Assembly: GCA_013239625.1 (NCBI GenBank)
Contig: MU054400.1
Span: 1,471,146-1,535,145, forward strand
Direction: 5' to 3'
DNA length: 64,000 nucleotides
Source of the DNA: Lama guanicoe
Lineage: Eukaryota
Shown here in pieces: positions 54,680-64,000 of this stretch (position 1 is the first letter of the stretch; each line of letters opens with the position of its first letter). The position numbers and the translations under genes are program-made. Under the pieces are notes generated by a model that searched no databases, was not told the DNA's origin, and saw only the letters and a list, made by a program, of their open reading frames with translations.

Positions 54680-55220
54680 TTTTTACAAAAAGAGGTAAAA
54701 TTCATCATCTCAGAAATAAACCCTATACACATTAAACAGTCAATCCCCATTCAATCCTCTCCCTAGTCCCTGTCAAACACTAATCTGCTTTCTATGTCTA
54801 TGGAATTTCCTATTCTGAACATTTAACATAAATGGAATCATACAACATGTGGCCTTTTTGTGTCTGGTCTCTTTCACTTAGCAGTGTGTTTTCAAGGTTC
54901 GCTCATGTTGTAGAATGTATCAGTACTTCATTCATTTTTATGGCTGAATAGTATTCCATCATGTGGATATACAACATTTGTTTATCCATTCATCAGTTGA
55001 TGGATATTTGGGCTGTTTCTACCTTTTGGTGATTATGAGTAATGCTGCTGTGAACATTCCAAAACAAGGTTGTTTTCAATTCTCTTGGATATCTATGTAG
55101 GATTAGAATTGCTGGGTCATAATTCTATGGTAATTCTATGTTTAACTTTTCGAGGAACCATCAAAGTATTTTCAACAGTGACTGTACCATTTTATATTCC
55201 CACCAGAAATGTATCCTAAT
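54680..55220 (-). mobile_element. L1 (L1MB/MC-like) 3' fragment
   Basis: aatggaatcatacaacatgtggcc...tttatccattcatcagttgatgga. Confidence 0.8.
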
Positions 55221-55289
55221 TTTTATTCAGGGCTGCAATATGCCTAATTGCTCAGGATGAATCATGGTTGGTAAAAGCCAACTGAGGGA

Positions 55290-55820
55290 TAGTATATTGT
55301 CAGAAAATGGCCACTGTAATATTTCCAGTCTGACATGCTTTTCCTGAAATTTGTCCCTCCACAGCAAGAGACAGATTCTGTTTCTTCTCTTCTTGAAACT
55401 GGCTAGGCTTTTATGACTCACCTGACAAACAGAATATGGAGTAAGTAATGCTGTGTGACTTCTGATGTTGTCATAAAAGGCAATATGGCTTCTGCCAAGG
55501 TCTCTTTTCTCAGGACACATGCCCTTGGATCCTCGAGTAGCCATGTAGGAAGTCCAGAAGACCATGAATAAGAGACTACATAGAAATAGAGCAAGATGCC
55601 TAAGAAGCCCCAGTTGCTCCAGCCCCAACTGATTACTTTTTCAACTTAGGTACCAGATGTGTAGATGAATGTCTTCTGATGATTCCAGCACCAGCACTGT
55701 CTGACTGCAATTGTGGACAGATCCCAAACAAATCTGCCTAGTTGACCTCAGTCAATCACACAAACAATGAAAGATAATAAAATACTATAATTGTCTTTTA
55801 AATCACTCTTTGGGAGTGGT
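55290..55820 (+). mobile_element. MaLR LTR (MLT1-type)
   Basis: aaaatggccac...gccatgtaggaagtccag...ttttaaatcactctttgggagtggttt. Confidence 0.65.
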
Positions 55821-56344
55821 TTATTAATCAATAATACATGGCAAAATAATTGATCCCTTTTGCCAGAGTCCCAGTTTCTAGACTACTTTGCATCTAAGGA
55901 TGGATATGTGGACCCACTTCTGATTAATAAGAAATATGGGGAAATTTGCTGGGGGGGGGTTTCTTGCTTGGAAAGAGTTCATTTTCTGATAAAAGAGACA
56001 AGATATGAGAGCTTGCTTATAGCTCCCCAACCTGTGACCCCTTGCTTTCTACCTCTGAATAAGAAGTTGGACTAATGCTTACACTTAGAGTAGTCATCTT
56101 GTGACCCTGAGGTTACAGGTCAGAGGATAAAACATCAGCATCTGGGGATGATGGAGAAGAATAGACAGTACTTAGATATTTGATGACATCAATAAATCCC
56201 TAAAGGAACTCTGGAGCATCCTGGGTTTGACTACCTTTTCTAAGCCAGAGCACTTATATTTCTTCCGACTACTTTTCATTTTCATGTACCATAATTCTGA
56301 GATACAGCTGTTTCCTAGATTACCTAAGTATAATTTTCTTTCTT

Positions 56345-56490
56345 TCCTTTTTTTTTTTTTTTTTGGGAAGCGGGGGTGGGGGTGTGGGGATTAGGTTTAT
56401 TTATCTATTTTTTAAGTGAAGGTACTGGGGATTGAACCCAAAACCTCATGAGTGCTAAGCACACACTCTACCCTGAGCTATACCCTCCAC
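56345..56490 (-). mobile_element. Camelid tRNA-derived SINE (Vic-1 type)
   Basis: GGAGGGTATAGCTCAGGGTAGAG head, GGTTCAATCC B-box, poly(A) tail. Confidence 0.85.
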
Positions 56491-57127
56491 AAAGATACCA
56501 TTTTCAATTCTTATTTTCCTTGTTGTTTGGAGGTGATTTTCTAGAAGAAACATTTATCACCTTAAAACTGATCAATCTTACTCATAATAAGAAAATACAC
56601 ATTAAAACAAGATTATCATCTTCATTTCTCAGATTGACAAAAATAAAAATGATTATAAACTATGTTTAGAGAAAGTGTGGGAAAGAGGCTTTCTTACATG
56701 CTGCTGGTTGGAACATAAAAAGGAACAAAAATTGGAGTGCAATTTAGGGATGCCTGTGCAAATATAAAATGCACATAGCCTTTGAGCATTTCTCTTTCTA
56801 GGAACTTAACTAATAGAAAAACTCACAAAGACTTATGTGTAAGGGTGTTCACTACATCATTACTTATAATAGTGAAAGAGTGGAAACAAGTTAAACATGA
56901 GATTGGTTAAATAAATTATGATATATCCATACAATGGACTACTATGCAGCCATTAAAAAGGATGAGATAGGTAATATATACTCTTGTACACAAGTGAAGC
57001 AAGTATATAGTTTACTCTCATTTTTGTAAAAAAGGTATGGGGAATACACAAATATTATATATTTATATTATAAGTGGTACATTCATATTATAAATATAAT
57101 ATAAATATATTATAAATATGATGAGAC

Positions 57128-57408
57128 TGTTAAGGGCCGTCTTGGAGGCTGGCTACCAGATAGGCAGATGAATTCTCTCTCTGTTCTCCATCTCTTAACA
57201 GATTGTTATGAGGCACAGTATTTGTTCTGCCTGCCCAGAGATGTCCTACATGGCTAAGTGACAGCTGGGCTGGCTCTGTAATGCACCACCTTAACATTTG
57301 CTTTCCAGTCTTTCCTGCCTCACTTCCCCTTTCCCTCACTCTCCCTATAAAGAATTAGTACTTAAGTTTTGCCTGGGCTCTGTTTTCTAGAGAACCGGGG
57401 CTAACACA
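57128..57408 (+). mobile_element. ERVL LTR fragment (LTR16-like)
   Basis: Ends ctctgttttctagagaaccggggctaacaca after an ataaa signal. Confidence 0.55.
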
Positions 57409-60400
57409 AATAATATAGCTTAAATATTTCATGATAAAATTTTTAAATAGCGGGAGAGGGAAAAGAAAGTGCTAAGAAAGTGCTCTTAAGATATGCAAGG
57501 GCTCAGTGTGTTCCATCCATGTACTTTCCTCCTGAGGGAACTCTTTAAAGTACTGAGAAGAGAATTCATGGTATAAAAGAACTGCCAATGAGCACTGAAC
57601 CCATTTAACCAGATTGCCTTTTCCATTTTATTCTTTTCTCTTCAAAATCACTATTGAGATGTTCAAGGAAATATAAAAATAGGAGAAAATCCATTTCAGT
57701 ACTGGAGGGCATTAATACTTTGTGAAATTTCAGCAAGATACAGTGCAAATGTGTTTGGACTGAAGGGAATATTAACCAGTTTTCAATTTCATGAATATAG
57801 AAGAGAATCTCACTTGGAAAATAAGTAGATGAAAGTCCCCCACAGAATTCTTCCACAAATCCAAGATCAGAACAACAGACCTGGGAGTGGGGGGGGGCTA
57901 TGGGATAGTAGGGGGAAGGAACCAAATGACCTTGGACCCTGCCCCACGGCCCAGTCCTGGAGCAGCTCTCACCTTGCTTGCTCTCAGCATTTCCACAGAG
58001 TAAGATATCTCTAGGCAAATCAAGAAGATTGCTGCAGGCTCCCCAACAAAGAGCTGTGCCTCAGCTAGCTTCTGGTTGCCACAACTATCACAGGCAAAAG
58101 TAACTACTAACTACATCGTAAAAACAGTGGGCCCACACGTTTTTTGTGCCAGGTGAAAAATAATGCATTTTATTTCAATGCACAAATTTGCACTGAACAT
58201 TTGCATTTAAAAAACAGTCACACTTTAACATGACAATTACCTATAATAAAGGCATGCTTCATGAAAATGTAGTACAGTGTGAGTATCAGGCTGCTTATTT
58301 TTGTAAAGTTTTACTGGGACACAGTCATCCCCATTTACTGATGTACTGTCTGTGGCTGCTTTCTCACTACAAAGGCAGAGTCGGATAGATGCAACAGAGA
58401 GCCACCAGTCTAAAATATTTATTATCTGAAATTGTGGCTTACAATAGCACTATACGCAAAGGCAGCCAGTGAGAAACAGTTTCAGTAACGATATATTCTC
58501 TCACCTGTATTGCACATTTTCCCCAAGCCCTTGTCCAAGTGCATACCTTATGCTCAAAGACTTTGTATCTCTAGAATATAAATACTGGGTAAAATTTTTT
58601 CCATTATCAAAAATGACAAATCTTTTGTAAATATTTTAATCCTAGCTTATCTGACACATGGCACTGCAGTTCTATAAAATAATAAACTCTGTAAAGCACC
58701 TTTAGGTTAGCACCAGTTTTTATACTGAAAAAGGGACATAATATAGAATGAGGAAGGTTGAATTTTGAACACAGAAAAGGGTAAAACCCCTCTAGAGTGT
58801 CTATTTTGGAGGACTTTTTACAACCATATTAAACCCAAACATTCATATTGACTTCTTGCTCTCACCTCTCCAGATAACTGGAGTATTTTAAGCTATTTAA
58901 CCATTTCTATTCATTTGCATCTATCCCTTGGAAATATGAGGGCCACCAATAGTTTTAACTGCCTGGGATTTTGGGAAGGACTCATGACATTAGCCATCAC
59001 TGTCATGTCAGGAAACACCTCTCAGGTATCCTAGGAGTGTCTTGAGTGTCTTATATTTACAGCTCTTTTTGAGTTTGGGCAAAGAATTTACATTACTGTG
59101 TGGGTCTTCCAGAGGTGCCTAACAAATTGCTGCCCTTGGGGAGACGGCTTGTCCCTCCTCACTCTTTCCCTGTTTCTCCCAAGCAATCTTAATTCTAGGA
59201 TGGCAAAAGTACCTAGGGTTAGGGGCTAGACACAAGCATGGGCCATGGGGCAGTCAGTGGAGAGCAAAGTACAATCGGATACCTGATTCTAGGAATTGTA
59301 TCACTGACTTCACTGGAAAATAAACAGGCTTGGGTTTTGAAGAACCAATAAACTATATATATATATATATATATGTCACAAAAGTATAAAGTGTAATATC
59401 ATGGAGCTGTAAGTTTAATTTATATTGAGGGTAAAAACTATAACAAAATTAACTTGCTTATGACTGACCACATACAGGGTTGCAACTGTGCCTCAGAAGG
59501 TGCTCAGTAGTTGACTTCTGATGAGAGGAATGACTGTTTTTCTCCAAAGAAGTGGTTTTCAAACTTGATGATTTGTTACTGAATAAAATCATCTCAAATT
59601 TTGTGTTTCAGCCAATGAAAAATAATGACAATTTAAGTTTATCTCTATAATATGCCACTTTTACTCACTTCCATTCAGATGTGCTTTGCTGTGTGAGAAA
59701 GGGGTAGAGTCACAGCACACATGTGGGAAATTGTCACTGGAGTATATAAGTATCATTTGTCAAATGTATCAGAGCAGAAAAAAGGTTGAGAGCTGCTTCT
59801 CTAAAGAACAGGTCCTTTCAGGCAATCTTTGGCACAGGAACATTCCTGGTAGATGGAGGAGTGGGTATCATCTGTCATGACTGGCAAGGTTTTTTGTTAT
59901 ATTTTGTTTTTTAAATCCAGGCCCATGATATACTCATTAATCACCTGCTCCACCAGCCAGACAGGTGTTGAACAAGAAGACACAGGTTTAAGTTTAAACT
60001 GACAGGAATACTTTAGCACAAGGCTGAGAAGATAAGGCCATCTCCTAACTGCAGGCTTCGGCAGAAGCTACTACCATTGCTGGAACGGATGCTAAAGCAG
60101 CAGGGTGGACGTACTGAGCAGACTGAGGCAGAGGAGGGATTAGAGGAAGCTGCAGACAACTGGCTAACTTCCATGACTCAGAGCAGAGGAGAGGGCAGGA
60201 AGAAGCTGAAATAGGCTGAGTGTCAGGTCTCCTCAGCTAAGGCACTGTTAATAATGATCAGATCTCCTAGTTCTGCTCTCCTGTACTTGGCTTCATGGCT
60301 CTACTGCTCCACTGGCCAAACCTGGTTTAGCCACGATCAACAGGGCCAGCAGTGGGCCACTCTCTGTTCTACCCATCACTAGTATCACTGTGCACAGGCT

Positions 60401-60829
60401 AGCTGGTCCACGGTTTAAGAAGTAGCTATGGGAAAAAAAAAAGTAGCTATGGGTCTTCTCCTGGGAGGATTTAAGAAATTTAAAAGCTTTTAGAAAAAAC
60501 TGACAGTTACAATAATTAGTTAGGTAGAATACTGATGAGATAGGGTAAGTGAAAAAGCCAGCATGTGAAATTATTTGAGCAATACAATTATAGCTGTGTA
60601 AAGATGTACCCATGAGAAAAAAAGACCAGAAAGAGGCAGCCCAGACTGCTGGCAGTTTTTGTTAGGGTGATAAAGTTGTGAGTACATTTCTTGGAATATG
60701 CTACTGTACTTCCACAGTTTAAAAAAGCATTTCAAAGTAAACAATAAGGGAGCTGCCAATCTAATGATAGATTAAGTTTACTCAGACCACCCCTGTTAAG
60801 AACTAGGAACGACTGACAAATAAAAAAAT

Positions 60830-62035
60830 GTTAAGGCATGATCCATGAAAGAAAGAACTGACAAGCTAGATTTCATTAAAATTAAAATTTTCAGTCCTAA
60901 GAAAAATACTGCCAAGAGGAAGAAAAGACAGGTCATTGACTGGGAGAAAATATTTGCAAGACATATGATAAAGAAATTTTATCTAACATTTGCAAAAGAA
61001 CCTCTTAAAACTCAACAATAAGCATAAACAACCCCCCTGAAAAATGGGCCAAAGACCTTAACAAACATCTCAATGAAGAAGAAATTCAGACGGCAAGTAA
61101 GCATATGAAAAGATGCCCCACATCATATGTCATCAGGGAAATGCAAATTAAAACTGCAAGGTACCACTACACACCTGTTAGAATGGCCAAAATATAGAAC
61201 ACTGACAACACCAAATGCTGGTGAGGATGTGGGGCAACAGGAACTCTGATACATTGCTGGTGGGAATGCAGAATGATAGACACTTTGGAAGACAGTTTGG
61301 CAGTTTCTTACAAAACTAAACATACCCTTACTAAATGATCCAGCAATAGTACTCTTTGGTATTTATCCAAAGGAGCTGAAAACTTATGCCCACACAAAAA
61401 CCTGCACACAGATGTTTATAGTAACTTTATTCAGAATTTCAAAACTTAGAAGTAACCCAGATGTCCTTCAGTAGGAGAAGGAATAAATAAACTGTAGTAG
61501 ATCTAAGACAATGAAATATTATTCAGCACTAAGAAGAAATGAGCTATCAAGCCATAAACAGAGATGGAAGAACCTTTAATACATACTACTAAGTGAAAGA
61601 AGAGGGTATGAATAGGCTACATACTGTGTAAGTCCCACTATATGACATTCTGGAAAAGGCAAAAGGTATGGAGACAGTACAATATCAGTGGTTGCCAGGG
61701 ATTGGGGAGAACAAAAGGATGAACAGGTGGTGCACAGAGGATTTTTAGGGCAGTGAAACTACTCTGTATACTATAATGGTGGATACATGTCATTATACAT
61801 TTGTCCAAACCCACAGAATGTGCAATACCGAGAGTGAACCCTAAGGTAAACTACGGACTCTGGTGATAATGATATGTCAGTGCAGGTTCATCAACTGTAA
61901 CAAATGTACCAGTCTGGAGCAGGATGCTGACAGTGGAGGAAGCTGTGCACTGGGGGGATAGGAGTATATGGAAAAATCCCTCAGTGTTGCAGGAAACTTC
62001 AAACTGCTGTAAGATATAAAAATCTATTTTAAAAA
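60830..62035 (+). mobile_element. L1 (L1MC-like) ORF2 end and 3'UTR
   Basis: gactgggagaaaatatttgcaa...gtgaaccctaaggtaaactacggactctggtgataatg. Confidence 0.9.
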
Positions 62036-62429
62036 AGTCTGTTTGAAGGCAGTACTAAAGCAGTGAGAAATTATGGGGCTATGACTCAGGTGAGAAGGGA
62101 AGTTGGCAGATGGGAATCTGACATTTGGGGTTATTCTTCCCCTTAAGGCTACTGTCAATGATAAGAGCTAAGAGGCTGAAATGCTGACCATAAAATTCAA
62201 CAGATTCATAAAACAAAAGAAACAAGAATTGGAATTCCAGGCTTGATAAGGAGTAGGGGCTCTGGTAAATAACACAGACTTCCGGCTGGGACCCTGAAGG
62301 GGCCATAGCAATAAGTGTAGTTGGAAACACACAAACCCCCACAGGGACTGAATCCACTTTGAATCCTCTATTCCCTGACTGAACTATGGTAATCTGAAAT
62401 TGCCAGTGCCTCTAGCTTAGCTTCCAGCC

Positions 62430-63810
62430 AAAAGATACCAAAGCCTGATAAGGATAGTATGAGAAGAGAACTTACAAGCTAATCTCATTTATGAACATAG
62501 GTTTTACCAGCCTAAACAAAATGTTACCAAACCAAATCCAATGATATGTAAAAACAGTAACACACTATGACTGAACTGGGTTTATTTCAGGAGCACAAGG
62601 CAAGTTTAGGATTGAAAAAGCAATCACTACAATTCACACTAAGTGAATTAGGAAGAAAAATTATACAATCAAATTGATAAATATAGAAAAAGAATTTGAT
62701 AAAATTAAACATTCATTCATGAATGATAAGCAGTTTCCTCAAACACGGAATAAAAGAAATCTGATAAAGAGTATCTACTAAGCAAACATATCTAAAGGAG
62801 ACATGTTGAAAACTCTTCCCCTGAGATAAGGAGTAAGATAGATATGCCTGCTATCACTCTTTATATTCAATATTATATTGGGGGTCCTACCAATGTAATA
62901 AGGCATGAAAAAGAGGGAAGAAGTAAGGATCAGAAAGGAGGAAATAAAACAGCCATAATTCACAGATGACTTGATTTGTATGTTGAAAATCCAACAGAAT
63001 TTACAGATAAAACTCTTAGAATAAAAAAGTGAATTTAAAAAGGTTACTAGATAAAAGACCAATATATAAAAATCAACAGAATTTTTATACATTAGCAACA
63101 AAAAATTAGAAAATAAAACTAATACAATTTACAAAGTCACCAAAAATAATCAACCAGGAATAAATCTAACAAAAGATAGGCAAGAGCTCCATGCATAATT
63201 TATAAAACTTTATTCAGAGAAGTTAAAGAAAACTTAAATAAATGAGGAATATACCATGTTCATGTATTAAGAGGCTCAATATCATAAAGATGTCTCCTGA
63301 ATTGATCTATGGTTTCAAAGAAATATCAATCTAAATTCCAGTGATAATCTTTGTGTGTGTGTGAGAAAACTGACAATCTGAGTCAAAAATGTAAAGAAAC
63401 AAAGAAATGTAAAGAACCAAGATTAGCCAAGACAATCTTGAAGAAGAACAAAGGGTATCATTTACCAGGTGTTAAAACTTATTATAAAGCTTACACCTAA
63501 AACTAATACAATGTTATATGTGAATTACTTATCATAAATATACAGTAATCAGATACTGTGACACTGGTGCAAGAATAGACAAAGTGTTACCATGAAACAG
63601 AATAGAGAAAAAAGAAAGTCCTATACATATATAGACACTTGATTTATGACAATGTGGCACTGCAGAACAGTGGAGAAAGGAAGAATCTTTTAAGTAAATG
63701 CAGGTAGGTCATTTGGATATCCTTAGGTTAAAAAAAAAATGAAGCAACCTCTACCTCAAGCTATACTCAAAATTCAACTCCAGATGTACAGTATATCTAA
63801 ATGACAAAAG
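62430..63810 (+). mobile_element. L1 ORF2 (reverse transcriptase region) fragment
   Basis: attcacagatgacttgatt (FADD-like region), aatcttgaagaagaacaaag. Confidence 0.85.
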
Positions 63811-63814
63811 TAAA

Positions 63815-64000
63815 ACCACATAATAAAGAGTCTGACTCATTTTTTGATGTTTGACTGCTGATGGCTTTTTAAAGCCTCAGCCCTCTCTCTTCCCCTCATG
63901 CCGAATATCTGGGAAACTGATAAGAAAACCTGGTTTCTCTCCTTTGATACTAGTGGGAGATTCAAACCACACAAGGTCCCTGCCCACACATGGGAACCCT
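63815..64000 (+). mobile_element. ERV1-type LTR (MER39/MER34-like), runs off the window
   Basis: agagtctgactcattttttgatgtttgactgctga...ctgataagaaaacctgg. Confidence 0.55.

Noticed and set aside
57057..57110. 16-bp AT-only inverted repeat
   Set aside because: Low-complexity TA tract.

Overview
Mammalian genomic DNA, most likely a camelid, judged from four Vic-1-type tRNA-derived SINEs. It corresponds to the CCL19-CCL21-FAM205A segment (human 9p13.3 gene order). There are two intact 4-exon CC-chemokine genes on the minus strand: CCL19 (100 aa) and CCL21 (126 aa). There is also a 4-exon FAM205A/SPATA31F1 copy whose large last exon has at least 4 frameshifts and 2 nonsense codons, and an RPS12 processed pseudogene inside an L1. 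An orphan CpG island with CTCF-like motifs lies between the chemokines. Repeats include a decayed ERVL provirus and many L1, L2, MIR, MaLR and MER fragments. Main observations: CCL21 has lost both extra C-terminal cysteines that define '6Ckine'; a perfect 30-bp inverted repeat lies 3 kb downstream of CCL19; CCL19 has a GC-AG last intron; and there are several unusual insertion scars. I found no evidence of a wholly new gene system, and most ORFs in the supplied track are spurious. Repeat boundaries are approximate and subfamily names come from recognition, not from a search.
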